Shown in pieces: positions 38,788-53,488 of a stretch of 64,000 nt of DNA. How positions within the stretch are numbered: the first letter of the stretch is position 1; each line of letters starts with the position of its first letter. The notes below the pieces were generated by a model, which saw only the letters and a program-made list of their open reading frames with translations, had not been told where the DNA came from and searched no databases. This DNA comes from Carcharhinus amblyrhynchos. Lineage: Eukaryota. A program made the translations under genes and the position numbers. The DNA lies in the NCBI GenBank assembly GCA_965287045.1, contig OZ336877.1, positions 66,340,001 through 66,404,000 of the forward strand. The letters run 5' to 3'.

Positions 38788-40924
38788 ACCAGGAGAATCT
38801 TTTCCTTGAAATCATTAATTAATCCTGCTTCATTACACATTAGCAGGTCTAAAATAGCCTGTTCCCTGTTTAGTTCCAGAATGTATTATTCTAAGAAACT
38901 GTCCAGAATGCACTCTATGAACTCCACCAGGCTATTTTTACTAAATTGATTTGCCCAAACTATATTTAGATTAAAATCTCCTATGACTATTGCCTCCATT
39001 ATTTCCTGATATATGGTCTGTCCTATAGCATAGCTACTGTCATGGGGCCAAAGCCAATTGTGCACCTCCAATAACCACACTCCATCCCTGAGGTCACCAC
39101 CCCCAATCTCTGATCCCCTTCACAGACTTCTGATCCTCCCCAATCCCCCAAATTTCTGATACCTGATTCCAGGCCTGCAACCTCATGCCAGGACTGAGAT
39201 CCTCTTCACTGTCCTCTAACATCCACCACCAGCTTTCCCTCACCAGAAGTCTCTTACATCTCTCCACCCTAGGATCCCTGTATTGCCAGACATGAGCCAA
39301 CACATCACCCCCAACAAAATTGTACTGCCCCACCTACATTCATTCCCCCATCCTCCACCCCAAGGGCCCCCAGGATTTTAGGGACTGAAATCCTCACCTG
39401 CTTTGTATAATAAAAATCAGTGGAGGTAGCGACCAGGAGCATTGCCTTGGTATTGTGAAACAGGGTTACTGGCAGAGGAGAATGGGTGCACAGAGATACA
39501 ACAGCAATACAAGTTCCATAACACCGAGATAAAGAGGCAAAAACTCCTCAGTGGTGTGTTGCCTCCTCAGAGTGAAAAGAAATAAACAATGTCATAATAT
39601 TTGGTCTGATGATGGAGAAGGACAAAAAACAATCAAGCGTAACCGGCGGAAAGCGAATTTCAATGGGGTAGGAACGGATCTGGGTGCAATATCAAAACTT
39701 GGAAGTTACATAAAAATGAGTAATGATAGCTCTTTTATTATGCAATGCATTTTAAGGAAATAAACACGTAAGGGGATAATGCAAATAAACATCAGTTGGA
39801 AATTACTGCTAGTTGTAAGATGAGACCTTTGAGAGGAAATTTAAATAAGAATGGAAAGACTTCAGGGTACAAGAAGGGTGCTTGAAAAGCATTGAAAATG
39901 TGATTCCATGTTAGAAACACACAGAGCTAAAGTGAAAAAAGTTAATTTTAAGCTCGTACAAATGATTTGTTAGGCGACAGGAAAATACTGAAGTAAATCT
40001 AGGCTGAAAGGAAATGCAGTGAAGGGTCTCATAATTCCAGGCATCTGTCCACCAGCAGAAGTGTGGTGAAATAGAGATTGCATTCATCATTATAGAAGAC
40101 TTTGTGGAGATTAATCCATTAATTTAAACAGGGTAGACAGTTCTTGCTTATCAAGGCACATCAAAGATGCCTGCTCTGTTCCACTCAGGGATGTTGACTT
40201 GGCCTCTTTGGCTTTTTCCTCAGAGATTAAAACAAGTTAATTTTATCTCTGTTCCTATTGAAATAAAATTCTTTATAATTAAAGACAATTAATCCTCTCC
40301 AGAATTGATCACCTTATTCTTGCGATTATTTTTAAGCCTTTACTTAGAAAATCAAATTAACTCACATTAGCTCTCAGATTGCAGTGGTTTCATTGGGCTT
40401 TGCAAAGACACAAGAGACAGAATTTCTGGCTGTTCCCCTGAACAGAAGCCAACCTTTGAATTCTGTCCTGGGCAGACACTGAGGTCAGCAGAGCAAATGT
40501 CTACTCAATGTCATTATTAGGAGTTCCAAAAGATTTTCAGTTTGGGCCTTTTCTGGATGCCACATGTTTGCCTTGAACACTCCACTCTAGCTCACAGTGG
40601 GCGGTACCAGGAAATCAGTTAGCTCATACGCTGAGCCAACTAGCAGCCCTGACCTAGGGATGAAAGCAATCCATTGACTGCAGGACTGCTTGTACAGGTT
40701 GACATTGTGTTAAAGTGTTTTGTGCACTCAGGGAGAGCATTCCCTTTCTCCCTCATCCAACAAAAGTAAAAATCAAGGCCAGAATTATTTTCTGGCTGTT
40801 CACGCTCCATTCCTGCTGCCAGCAAGGAGAGAGAATTTGGTGTTCAGAGAATCCTGAACAGTTCTGGCCCAAATCTTTATTCAGCCATTTTATCAGTCAT
40901 CTCCATCCATCTCTTTGATAGCTG

Positions 40925-41052
40925 GTTAAGCGGTTCATTAACCTGAAATGATAGCTCACTTTCTCTCTCCACAGATGCTGGCTAACAAACTGAATATTTC
41001 CAGAACTTTCTGTTTTTTATTTTAGATTTCCTGCATCCTCAGTGTTTTGTTT
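40925..41052 (+). mobile_element. Degenerate Penelope-like terminal fragment (different family)
   Basis: aacctgaaa...tttctctctccacagatgctg...gaatatttccag...tttctgttttttattttagatttcc.gcatc resembles a common shark repeat that I recall as Penelope-like. Confidence 0.45.
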
Positions 41053-41925
41053 ATGTGGGCTTTGCAGTGTCTGATACAATTGGGCAAAGCTTACGTGGTA
41101 CACATTCCGCTCATATGTTCCTGAAAATTTGGGCAGTGATCCGACAAGTGGCATAATTCTCTAATTTGCATATTTAAACAGTTCCTGCCAAAAATAAGCA
41201 ACATTTGCTCATCCATTTACTGGCCCACCTGAAAATTGCATCAACTGAGTCTTGAGCTTCACTTTTAAGAAACGCTGAAGTACTTTGACCAAACTGCCAG
41301 CTACTATTGTTTTGGTGAGAAACGGGCAGTTAGCAGTTGAGAATTGTTCCCTAGAGCCAAACAAGCTAGGCATTAATCTGTTGGCAGATGCAGAATGTTC
41401 ATCGAAGAATAACCATGTTTTTTTTCATAAACAAAATATCGAAGGAGATGTGATTTAGTCGCCAGCAAATGAGTGGACAGCTGTACACCAATTATACTGG
41501 TCATGAACCAGACCAATCTAATTTCCCAACGGCCTGGCATATAAATGGAGGGGGAATAATGTGATCATTTTTAATGAGTATTCATGGCAAGCAGAAAGAG
41601 TTTCTATCATGGGTTAGTGGGAATCCGACTTGCACTCTGCCTGCCATGGAAGTGGTGAGGGGAAAATTCCAATTTGTTTTCCCACTGACGAGATTCTGAA
41701 ATTTGGGCTGGGATTTAGTGGCCCACCCAGAAGATGGGTTAAGTGTCGCAAAAAGTTCAACAATTTGCATTCGGCAAGGGTGGTATAGAGATGTTGTGGA
41801 ACTGTGTGGAGATGTGTATTTGGGTGGCCGATCCTCATCGCCCTCAGAGCTGTAAGAATGTGTGTGCTAACTTGCACTGAAGTCTGTACCGTCAAAGCTA
41901 GGAGGTCCAACCACTTGGCTGATGT

Positions 41926-42440
41926 ACATTGGTTGCCACACTACCAGAATGATTTGGATGCTTTGAAGAGGGTACAGAAGAGGTTTACCAGGATGTTGCC
42001 TGGTCTGGAGGGTTTAGCTATGAGGAGAGGTTGGATAAACTTGATTTGTTCTCATTGGAATGACGGAGGTTGGGGGGTGACCTGTTAGAGATTCACAAGA
42101 TTATGTGTGGCAAGGACACATTGGATAATCAGATGCTTTTTACTAGGATAGAAAAGTCAAGTACTAAGGGACGTAGGTTTAAAGTGTGTGGAGAAAAGTT
42201 TAGAGAAGATGTGCGGGGCAAGTTTTTATATAGAGGCTGGTGAATGGAACATGGTGCCTGGGGAGGTGGTGGGACCAAGTATGATAGCTGCATTTTAGGG
42301 GCATCTGGATGAATACATGAGTAGATGGGAGTGGAAGGATATGGATTCTGTAAGTGCATGTGTATTTAATTTAGGCAGGCATCATGATTGGCGCAGGCTT
42401 GGAGGGCCAAAGGGCAAGTTCCTGTGCTGTATTGTTATTT
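41926..42440 (+). mobile_element. CR1 LINE 3' fragment
   Basis: WLPHYQNDLDALKRVQKRFTRMLPGLEG followed by a CR1 3' UTR. Confidence 0.85.
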
Positions 42441-43939
42441 GTGTGCCACTCTGTCATGTCTCACAACTTAGTTCTCAGGGGGCTGATCAGGTTCAAATGG
42501 TGTTGCAGGGGAAGGGAGCCCTAATGATGAAATCTGTTCTTCACTTTCAGAAAAAGGGAAGGGATAATGTGGCAGGGTGCCGAAGAACTGGCAATAAGGA
42601 ACCCAATCTCCTGGAACTTAGCTGCTAAGAGATGAATGCCTTACAGCTAGAATGCCCAAGGTAGTTTGTTCTACTTCATGTGGTGTCTCACATGGACCCG
42701 ACCACCTTGCACTCCCTGTGCCCGCATCTCTCCTTCCTCAAGGTTGCTCCCTGGGACACTGCCTCCAGTCACCTGGCATCCTGTCACTCCCTGCCCTCTC
42801 TTCTGTCCCTTCAGAGGAGATCCCACCAGCTGAGTATACAATCCTCATGATCAGAAGTGCACAAGTCATGTAAGGGTGCACGCTGCTGAAATCCTCAGAC
42901 AAAGGTGGCAAGAAAAGGTATTCCTAAAGAAAGCTATCCACAGGTGAAATGCACCAGAAATCACAGAGGAACCTCTCAAGTCATCACAACAAAAAGCTCT
43001 AAATAAAACCTTCACTTCAGGGGCTTCCATCCAACTTTGGATGAGAACTTGAGGAAAACTTGTTGTCCACCTGCCAGTGTTGCCTACATAGTAACTGCAA
43101 AATTGTTTGGGTAACATAAAATTGCTTTTATTTAGTAAATTCATGGCCTGAATTAGTCCTTTAAGTGTAGGGGAACTCACTTCTGGCTCTCATGAGTACC
43201 CGCTGACCGTTATATCATTCACGTGCATGATAACATTAAGACATGTTTCCTTACATCATTTTGCACAAATTCGCGTCAGGTGCACACTTGTATTCCTTAC
43301 ATAAAATTCTGGCTTTGGGAAAAAGGTTTTGGGAAAGGGATACAGGAATGTGAGGAAGAACATTTTTTATGCAGCAAATGGTAACCATCTTGAACTCACA
43401 ATCCATAAAGGTGGTGGAAGCTGAGATGATCATTGATTTTGAAAGGAAATTCTCCAGGCAGTTAAAGGATATAAGCTTGCAGGGATGGGGAGTGGGAATT
43501 GACTGGATTCTTCCACAGACAGCCAACATGGGATCTGATGAGCTAAATTACCACTCTCTGGACCATGAATAATTCTGTGAATCTATCAAGATGTTTCTAT
43601 TTTGGGAATCATTTCGAACAAACTTCCTTCCAAGATATTAAAAGGAAAGTGCACTGTTCAGGTTGCAATAAAAGGTCAATTCATTCCAAAAATTGATTAA
43701 TAGCTGTTAATTCTACAGATGATTAGGTCATAGAAACAGAGAACTTCTAAAATGTCACAAATATCCAATTTTATATTAGAAACTAAGAAACAGTTCTTTC
43801 ATAGCTGGTAAAAGGTCAGTAAAATAATTGTGATTTTGTGCATGTTGGATAAAAAAATGAACAATTAAGAATACATTTTCAAATATGTGCCCCTATCAGG
43901 TCGCAGTACATCACAAAGATGATTTCCACAATTTTTGCA

Positions 43940-44684
43940 GGAGAGGGTCCAGAGAATGTTCATGAGAATGATCCCAGGAATTAAAGGCTTGAAGTCTGAG
44001 GAGCATTGATGACTCTGGGTCTATACTCAATGGGGTTTAAAAGGATGAGGGGGAACTCTTTGAAACTTACAAAATACTGAAAGGCCTGGATAGAGTGGAT
44101 CTGGGGAAGACGTTTCCATTAGTAGGAAAGACAAGGATGCAATGGCACTGCCTCAGAATAAAGGGTGACCCTTTAGAACTGAGATGAGGAGGAACTTCTT
44201 CAGCCAGAGGGTAGTGAATCTCTGGAATTCATTGCCATAGAAGGCTGTGGAGGACAGGTCATTAAGTGCATTTGAGACAGAAATAGATAGGTTCTTGATT
44301 GGTAAGGAGGTCAAAAGTTATGGGAAAAAGCAGGAGAATGATTAAATGATGGAGCAAACTCGATGGGCCAAATGGCCTAATTCTGCTCTGATATCTTAAG
44401 GTCTAATTTTTTTGCCCATTCATTTTACTGTGATTAGTAAAGGGTTCGCAAATGGTTGTGAATCTGTGGTATTCCCTGCCCAGAGAAGCAGTTGAGGCTA
44501 CCTCATTCAATGTTTTTAAGGCAAGGATAGATACATTTTTGAACTGTAAAGGGATTAAGGGTTATGATGAGTGGGTGGGTAAGTGGAGCTGAGTCCACGG
44601 AAAGATCAGCCATGATCTTACTGAATGGCGGAGCAGGCTCAAGGGGCCAGATGGCCGACTCCTGCTCCTACTTCTTACGTTCTT
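43940..44684 (+). mobile_element. Two tandem CR1 LINE 3' fragments
   Basis: gagagggtccagagaatgttc...ttcttcagccagagggtagtgaatctctggaattc; the second ends ctcctgctcctacttcttacgttctt. Confidence 0.8.
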
Positions 44685-44944
44685 ATATAATTTTATTATG
44701 AGTTCCCAACTATTATGACTCCACCCAAGGATGATGCATTAGCAAAATGTACCTTTTGGTATCCACTAAAATATGTGTAGAAGAAAGAAACTGAATTGAG
44801 CATTTTTATAAATATGTGAAGAAATGAATGAAATATATTAAAATTAACTTCCCACCAACTGTACAATGAGTTCGAGATATCAGGGATACGTTCCTATGAA
44901 AATGAATTGAAAAGAAATACTGATCCACTTTGAATATCACAATG

Positions 44945-45081
44945 NNNNNNNNNNNNNNNNNNNNNNNNNNNNNNNNNNNNNNNNNNNNNNNNNNNNNNNN
45001 NNNNNNNNNNNNNNNNNNNNNNNNNNNNNNNNNNNNNNNNNNNNNNNNNNNNNNNNNNNNNNNNNNNNNNNNNNNNNNNNN
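44945..45081. other. Assembly gap (137 N)
   Basis: Run of n characters. Confidence 1.
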
Positions 45082-45209
45082 GACCTGCTCCAGGAATAAT
45101 TAGCTGCAGAAACAGACAGAATTTTTACCTATGCTCTGTCAGGTGCAAAAGGTTGACAGAGAGAGAAAGAGAGAAACATAATATTAGATCACAGTTAATC
45201 AATACATAC

Positions 45210-45370
45210 AGTGAAACTGTCCTCCTGACCACTCTGAAACATTTCTTCTGAATTTCCTTGAAGTATAATAGCTTTCGAGTTTCCCTCATCACCGTAGAAT
45301 GTGATGTAAACCTCAGCAGTTGTACCTGCAGATGGTAGGTCACTAGTGTAAACAGTTACCTTCCATTTAC
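45210..45370 (-). CDS. RP1: RP1 alternative branch exon A (161 nt, phase 1>0), start of PLAT domain 1
   Basis: ccatag|GT AAA TGG... encodes KWKVTVYTSDLPSAGTTAEVYITFYGDEGNSKAIILQGNSEEMFQSGQEDSFT|gtatgt. Matches the PLAT N-terminal pattern (V.T.D...AGT.A.VYI.LYG..G.S). Confidence 0.88.
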
Positions 45371-45859
45371 CTATGGTGAAAATAGGAATATAATTAATTT
45401 TCATAGGCGTGTAAAATATAATGCTAAAGGTAAAATATTTTACTTGCAAAATTAATCTGATATTACAATGAGACTAATATCTCTGACTAAACTATGGCCA
45501 CTTGTAGCTTGGATGCCAATTATAGATATCAATGATAAACCATTTTTATGTTGAGATACCAAGATGATATCTATGTCCCTCCCAACAGAATACAGCAGGA
45601 CAGGAGAGCAAGTAATTCAGTAAGAGTGATTGGGTACCATCAATCTTGATCTTCAAAATCCTCTCTGAGGTAGGTGAGACTGAAGATGGTTAAAAATATA
45701 ATTCACAGTTTGGGGTCCTTCATAGGAATGAATTAGCTGAGAGGATTGAGTGACCATCTTCATTTCAAATGAGAATTTAATTATGCTAATTTGGTTCATG
45801 TCCTTGCTGGGTATAAACCAGATTACACTGATGTACAAAAGAGTCATGCATGTCCTTGA

Positions 45860-46478
45860 ACGCTAGTCATTGAAAGCAAGCGTGCAGGTGCACAAGCACT
45901 TAGGAAGGCAAATTGTATTTCTGGCTTCATTGCAGGAGGATTTGAGTACAGAAGCAAGGCTGTCTTACTACAGCTGTACAGGGTCTTGGTGAGATCACAT
46001 CTGGAGCATTGTGTGCAATCATAGTCTCCACATGTGAAAAAGATGTACTTTCCATAAAGTGAGTGCAGAAGTATTCACTGGAGTGCAGAAGAAAGAGTAG
46101 AGATCACATTAAAATGTATAAATTCCAACAGGACTGGAAAGATTTGACGTAGGGACAATGTTTCCCCCTGACCGGAGGATCTGGAACACACTTTCAGAAT
46201 ATAGGGTAGGCTATTTAGGACTGAGATAAGGAGAAATGTCTTCATGCAGACAGTGGTGAAGCTTTGGTAATCTCGACCTCAGAAGGCTGTGGAGGCCAAA
46301 TCACTAAATGTATTCAAGAAAGAAATATATAGACTTCTAGACACTAAAGGCATCAAGGGGTGTAGTGAGAGTGCAGAAGTACGGTGTCAAGATAGAGGAT
46401 CAGCCATAATCACACTGAATGGTGAATCAGGCTCACTGGTCGATTCCTGTTCCTATTTTTCATGTTTTTAATGTTTCT
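45860..46478 (+). mobile_element. Degraded CR1 LINE 3' fragment
   Basis: LYRVLVRSHLEHCVQ-like remnant; tail cctgttcctattttt..atgtttttaatgtttc. Confidence 0.75.
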
Positions 46479-46519
46479 TTATGCTCTGAACTTAACATCA
46501 CACTTGAAGATGACTTCAA

Positions 46520-48430
46520 AATCATTGTTCATATCCAGCTAATAGACTCTCCTTTATGAATCTTCTCAGTAAATCTACACACGTGTGAAAAATGAAGTTG
46601 TCGAAGATCATCAGATCACAACGATTCTGGTGTGACCACCCATCTGCCTTTAAAAATGCCTCCCCCAGAGATGCCCAGATGAAGCTAAAATGCTCTCACA
46701 TGTTCGTGGATATTGAATTGAGTCAAGCAATCCTTGGATGATGGTTTTCCACAGTTTCTGTCATTTAGCTGTTTCTTCTTGTAGCTGCTGGCATTTGTGT
46801 TGGCAAAAATGTATTGGGATGGTTGTCAGACTTGTATTCTACTGCAAGCATGATGTTGCAGCTCCCGTGAAACTGCCTATTTTATCAAAACTTTTTAAGT
46901 ATTTTGATATTAGCTCATGAATTGAGGAGATGGGAGTAATTCCTGAGCTTGATCTGAGGTATGAGGTCTGACCAATTGCGTGGATTCTCATCAGAATCAT
47001 TAGTATCACCAGTGTGAGTTCACAACATGTCAGTTCACCTACAATTGCTGGGTCTTTTGTAACACTCAGAAAAATTAATGGCATTTACACTCTAGGGCTG
47101 TGGATACTGCACTTGGAATTAGTGAACTGTTGCACATGGAAAGCTTCACAGTAATAGATTTCACCATGGCCTTCCATGTTGACTCATGTCTTTTAGAATC
47201 CACTTAGAATATTGACACTTGCCTGTGTCAATCTTGATCAATAAGGAGCAGTTATCAACTTCCTCAGGGCAGATGATCTGAATTTTGGCGAATATTTTGG
47301 ATGGTATAATTATATCTACGTTTTCCATGAGATTCTCATTGTGAAATCTGTTGACTGCTCTGTCTTTTGGTGCACATCATCGTTGTTTTACGGTTTGTCA
47401 ATCACTCCATGTACATATATCTAATCAGATACCCAACAGTCATTCTAACTGTTTGATGGTACCTGTTGTATACAATCTGTCTAGATTAATGCATGGCTCT
47501 TTGTAGCTGCATCAATCTTTGCTCTAGTGCACTGCCTTTCTGCCACATGCCTTACAGAATTGATGGAAAGCTGGGTGTTTCCTTGATACACGCAAAAGGT
47601 TGCATCTTCCATGTGTCATGTCAGATTTGGGTATTCTAATGATTGCATTAGCAATTGGCGTTGTACTTCATAGAAGTATAGTAGCTCCACACAGAACAGA
47701 CCATCTGACCCAAATCTGCACTGACTCTCTGATGGAATATCATACCCAGGCCCCCTCCCCTGCCCTAGAAATTTACTATGGCCAATCCACCTAACCTGCA
47801 CATCTCTTGTCTTTGGGAAGAAACCGGAGCACCTGAAGGAAATCCACATAAACATGGGGAGAACTTTTAAACTTCACACAGTCATCCAAAGCTGGAATTG
47901 AACCTGGGTCCCTGGCACTGTGAGGCAGCAGCGCTAACTACTGTGCCAGCCTGGGACCTGTAAGTATCAACCTGAAAGAATCGCCTTAAACCTACACAAT
48001 CCAGCGGTAGCTCTTCAGTACTATTTGTCTTGGAGATCTCCCTAGAATGAATCTATGGGAGTTGATGTGATCACCAGATCAACAAGTCTGTCTGCTGGCT
48101 CTGCGTTTGGAAAACTCTGCATCTGCTGACAAAGCAATCTGTGGATCCTATAGACTTCTGTCAAATGACATGAACTCAGGTTGATGAATGCAGAACTTTA
48201 ACCTGATCCTGAGCTGGTCTTCCAGTGGGTGGTTTGGATTCATTAGCTCTTCTGTTGTTAATTCTAATGTGTTCAACTTGTGGAGATCATCACTCCCAAT
48301 TGCCAGGTGAATTTTCTTGGCTTCCTTCTCTATTTCAGTAACACCTGAATGAAGAAACTGAAACTTTGTATGTTCTTTAAACATTTTGCATTTGACTAGT
48401 AGCTCTGGCGAATTGTGAGGACATTTTGAC
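46520..48430 (-). mobile_element. Decayed Ty3/Gypsy LTR-retrotransposon gag-pro-(RT start) remnant
   Basis: In order on -: gag-like LNT.EL...LEDQLRIRLKFCIHQ.E, FVSRCR, LVDLVITSTPI; zinc-knuckle-like PAFHQFCKACGRK (~47540-47575); protease KIDTG/ASVNIL (~47205-47235, frameshifted); FDKIGSF (~46870-46890). Confidence 0.65.
47668..47949 (-). mobile_element. HE1-like V-SINE inserted in the Gypsy remnant
   Basis: ggccaatccacctaacctgcacatct...ggaattgaacctgggtccctggcactgtgaggcagcagcgctaac. Confidence 0.8.
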
Positions 48431-49959
48431 AATGGGCCATATGAAATGGCAATCGCGACCCATGCCATCAATGAGGGGGTCTCATAATGTCTAAGCAGGG
48501 GATCTTCCATTTCACTTTGAGATCAAGGGGTCTTTTTAAAAAGGCACTGATCTCTGCAACTCCGGGCCTGCATGTGTGTTAAGGCCCCTCTCCTCTCTAA
48601 ACCAGTGGAAAATCCCAAAAATGACTAAGTGCAGGAAGATCATGATCAGAATCAAGTCGGACATGCCAGCACAAATCGCAAAATGACACAATGATGGGAA
48701 AACGGAGGAACAGAAGGATGATGGGAACAGGATGTGTGGATAAGGTGGATCGAGAGGAGGGGTCAGGTAGTCAGTGGGGCTGCACTGTGAGGCAAAGAGG
48801 CTAATGATCAGTGAACAGGGGTGATCAGTATGGTAGGAATTGGTTGCTCAGGGTAGTCAGGGCAGTGTAAGGTTCAATGGGAGGTGAGGGTCCCAAGTGT
48901 TTGGGAGGGTAGTGTGGTAGGGATGTCTGGTGGAAGGGTTGGAGGGAAGGGTAGTTGGATTCCTCTTGGGGATCGTGGGGGGTATTCATGGTGGTGGGGG
49001 CATAGTTGAGGGTCTCGTGCGGTTTCAGGTGTAGTTAGGGAGCTAGGGATGCAATGGGAGAATAGTGGAGGGGTGTCGCAGAGAGATGGGGAGTTTGGGC
49101 TGTTAATACGATAGCTATCCTGAGTATCTATTTCTGAGGGACAGTCTGAACCATCTGAAGACTGCCACTTAAATTGGAATATCGGCTGGTTTCCAGTCAG
49201 GCCAGTTGAACCTCCTGAGCAATTGTTGTGCAATCCTTTCTTGGAGGCTTCCAGAGGGGAATACAGTTCAGCACTCCACCACCCACCAGCCCCAGGCATG
49301 TCACCCCAGAGGGTGAGCATTATGGTCATTGTCTCTTTGACCTTTTTTTTCCTTTTTTGTCGCTGAAGCCTTTTTTGCTCACTTTATCCACATTCTTCCT
49401 GTTATTATGGAATCCTTCTCTGGCTTTGGCCCAATTTTAATGAGGGTTTTTGCTTCACTTTTTGTTCAGATCCACCTGATTCACAATCACTCTGGTCCCT
49501 CACTTTTTGTGACTAATCTAGCCTGGTGCTGGTCCTCTTGATGCAGTCACTGAACTGACAGACTCCGCGCTACAATCTCAACATGAGGAATCTGTCTGCT
49601 TACCATGTCTTTATTAGAGTGCTATCTAAGCCTGTGGCTTCGAAGCTTCTCTATGCAATCATTGTTCTGTGTTTTCAACACCCTCCGATGCTGCAAACTT
49701 GTTGCGGAATAAGCAAAACGTTGAATGCCATCTCATCCCATATAGCACAATGAGGTTATTAATGTTGTATCTATACTTAGTCCGGCTACCACATGAGCTG
49801 AACCACCAGTATGCACCATGTTATGTTTTTATAATGATATAAAGCCATCTATCCATCAGGGATTGTGTAAACACATTATGGGGTCTTTTATTTAAACCCA
49901 GACATATAAAATTGGATAGAAATTTTGAAGACATAGACAGCAGAAACTGAACAGGGCTA

Positions 49960-50590
49960 GCCATTTAAATATGATGGCTACAAGAGCAGGTTAGGGGCTA
50001 CAAATTCTGTGGCAAGTAACTCACCTCCTCACTCCCAACACCTGTCCACCACCAACAAAACAGAAGTCAGAAGTGTGATGGAATATTCTCCACTTCACTG
50101 GATAACAGCAACTCCATAAACACTCAAGAAGCCTTGGACCAAACAGGAACACAGCAGCCCACTTCAGCAGAATCTGTCCACAGACATTTGCTCCCTTCAC
50201 CACCAACACACACAGTGGCAGCCATGTGTACCATTTATAAGATGCATTGTAAGAACTCACCAAAGCTCATGAGATAACACCTTCCAAACCCACAAATGCT
50301 GCTATCTGGAAGGACAGGACAACAGATACAAGGGAACACCACCAGCTGGAAGTTCCCCTCCAAGCAACACGCCATGCTGACTTGAATCTATATCATCCTC
50401 CCATCACTATCACTGGGTCATTATCCTGGAACTCCCTCCCTAATGGCACTGAGGATACCTACACCAGATGGACTGCAGTGATTCAAGAGGGCAGCTCACC
50501 ACCAGTTTCTCAAGGACAAACAGAAATAAATAGCAATAAATGCTGGCCTAGCCAGCAATGCCCACATCCCCTGAAAAAATATATTAAAAA
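49960..50590 (+). mobile_element. CR1/L2-clade LINE 3' fragment sharing the Deu-SINE tail
   Basis: ggctacaagagcaggt...tcctggaactccctccctaa...aataaatgctggcctagccagcaatgcccacatccc. Related pieces at ~11400-11515 and ~37070-37570. Confidence 0.65.
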
Positions 50591-53488
50591 TCAACTCCAT
50601 CAACACACCATGGTTTTGCAAAAATGGTTTTGAAGAATTAAATAATAATTGCAGCATTCAGCCATTTATAGAATCATAGAATCCTACAGGGCAGAAGGAG
50701 GCCATTAGGCCCATCGAGTCTGCACTGACCACAATCCCACTCAGACCCTATCCTCATAACTATGCTGAATATAGTATATCACATAACAAGCCAACTGCAT
50801 TCAAATACCAATAAAAATGACATAATAACAAGCTTTTTTTTAATTGTATACTATTTAATTCACAATCCATATCAGAGGAATACAAATGCCCTGAGGATAA
50901 CAGTTGAACAAAGTTAAAAGCAATTTTTATGTTTAATATTGTGATAAATACATTATAAATTCTTAATTTATGACATAAGATAATGAAACAAACAATTTTA
51001 ATATAGAATTAAAAGATCAATGCTCAAAATTAACCTTGCATACTAAATTAGATTGTACAAACAGAAACTGGCAGAATGCTTAAAAATCCCTATTGGCTTC
51101 CCTAGTGACAGAAAGTAAAAATATATTGCTGCAATAATAATAATAGCTTGTATTTGTATAGCTTATTTAACATAGTGAAATATCCCAAGGTTATCACAGT
51201 TATACATATTCAACGCGCACAGGTATTCTTCTGAATGTGAATGTGAATACAGGCGTAATCACAGCAATAAATGCAGGCAAGAAGTGGAATTCATTTACTG
51301 GCTCAGTCACAGTTACTTTGTCATAGATTTGTTGCTAATGCATTAATGTTAGATGCAACAGATCAAAATTAATAAGTGCAATGAAATCCATTCTCTTCTT
51401 GTTAAAGTACACCAAAGGTGTGTTTATGAATGTTGGAAATTTGGACTTCGAACAGAGCTGTTTGGTGAATAGTGCAAAGACCATATGGACACATGGAATG
51501 TTAAATTTTCCTTTCCCAAAACATTATTAATTACAGCAGACTAATTAATATTACAATGTGACAGATGATAAATATGAAATTGGTCTTTTAATTGATAAAA
51601 TGAACCCTTCATTTATGAGGGTGTATTAGAGACTGGAGGTTTTTTGACAAAATCAGATTGTTCACAACTCCCACACATTTCTTCTGAACTGAAATTCCAA
51701 CCTCATTTCTTCCCTATCAACAAGACCACCCCTACTTCCACCTCCACAACAGCACCTGTCTCCACTCCTAGCTCAGTTTAACTGCTTCTGAGACCTTCAA
51801 ATATACCTTTCTTATCTCTGGCTTGGTCGACTTCAATACTTGCCAGGCAGCCTTGTTTGCTCCCTTAACTTGAGCACACCCAAAATCTTACTATCTACAT
51901 CCAAACTCACAGCAAGTAGTGTTAACCCATCAACCCTCAACTCCAACCTGAACTAACCCTTAGTTATGTAAATGATCATCTTTGTTTACAAATCCCTCTT
52001 GGCCTCACCCCTCCAAATTTCTCTAAACTCATCCAGTCTGGCAACCAGTCGATATCGTGGCCCTTTCTCACACACATTCAACTTCCATTCCTCCAACATT
52101 GGATGCTGTAACACATCAGTGAGGGCAAAAGATCTGCCTCAAACTGACTAATGGCCCAATGGCAAATAAATGGTTGCAAAGTGAGCCAACAAAGCAGGTG
52201 CAATCGGGCACCTCATTTTTATGCTAGAGGCGGGAACCCTACTCTTCCCCATCTACGAGTAAAGCCCAGTTCCTCCTGACATTGAAATTTACACCACATT
52301 AAGTGAGATCACCTGATACTGTAACATGATTGCTTGAAGATGTGCAATCCACACTGACAGTTTATTATTCTTATTTTGTGCCTGTAAGTGACTCTTTGAT
52401 ATTGGGGGTTATATCCAGCATCAGTGCTTTATTCTGTTAACTTTATTTCTCCAACCATCCTAACATTAAACCAGATAAAAATTTGAGCATCAGCATTATA
52501 GAAATCGATACTGAAACATGAGTTTGGACAAAATGGTTATGATGGTGGCTGGATATTCATTTACCAGTAAAACACAAGCAGCCTTTATCAAGTATTTAAT
52601 CCAAAGGGAATAATATTCAGATCAAAGATTTTGAAAATAGTATTGCAATCATTCAATTTTCAGGAGGTCAGTGTTCAATGGTGAATTCAAGAAGTCAAGC
52701 AGGAAACAAAACATTGGTGCAGTTATGAAGCTATATGGATGTCTTCAGCATGGTTTATAAGTATACTTATGTAATGATGAGAGTTCAAATTACACCTTAT
52801 GACAGTGTCTCAATATCTTAGCCAGTCAATTTTCACTACTGGACATCCTGTTTGGATTATATGCGTCTTTCCTGAAGTACCAAATTGAAAAGCACAAACT
52901 TGAGAAAATGACCAAATCTGCTACTACAGAATACAATGAATAAATCATGTAAAAATATCTAGTAAGATAAAGAAATCTGATCACTCTACAAGTTGAAATT
53001 GCTCAAACAATACAGTTCAGATCTTGTTTGCCGGTACACTAGAAGAAAACAAGTTTAAATATTTTGAGGGTGCAAACAAATAAGACTGTTAAATGATTCA
53101 TTCTAATGTTAATAATTAGAAGCATTTATATTTACAAAATGCAAACTCAAAGCACAAAATTAATGCCATGGTTTTATATTTTTAATCTAAATTTTAATTG
53201 CAAATCGAAACACAATATTTAATTGATCCACGAAGGAGGCTATTTGCCCCATCAAGTCTGCTTCAATTCTCTAAAACTGCATCTCACCCAAGGCCAGAAT
53301 AGAACCTGGGTCCCTGGAGCTGAGAAGCAGCAATAGTAACCTCTATGCCACAGTACTGCCCGGTTGGGTTGCTCTAATGCTCAAGAAAATAAATTCTTCT
53401 GCAAAATCCTGACAACTTTTACTGTACACCTTGTGTTTAAGAGGAATAGTTTGTTATTAATTGTCAAACTTCTTGCTGAAAGAAATAT

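Noticed and set aside
1735-45370. Calling the PLAT exons LOXHD1 or the trefoil exons a free-standing FGF gene
   Set aside because: Only two PLAT domains precede the trefoils, no initiator exon was found, and the exons are on the same strand and phase-compatible with RP1. An RP1 branch is more parsimonious, though it is not proven without transcripts.
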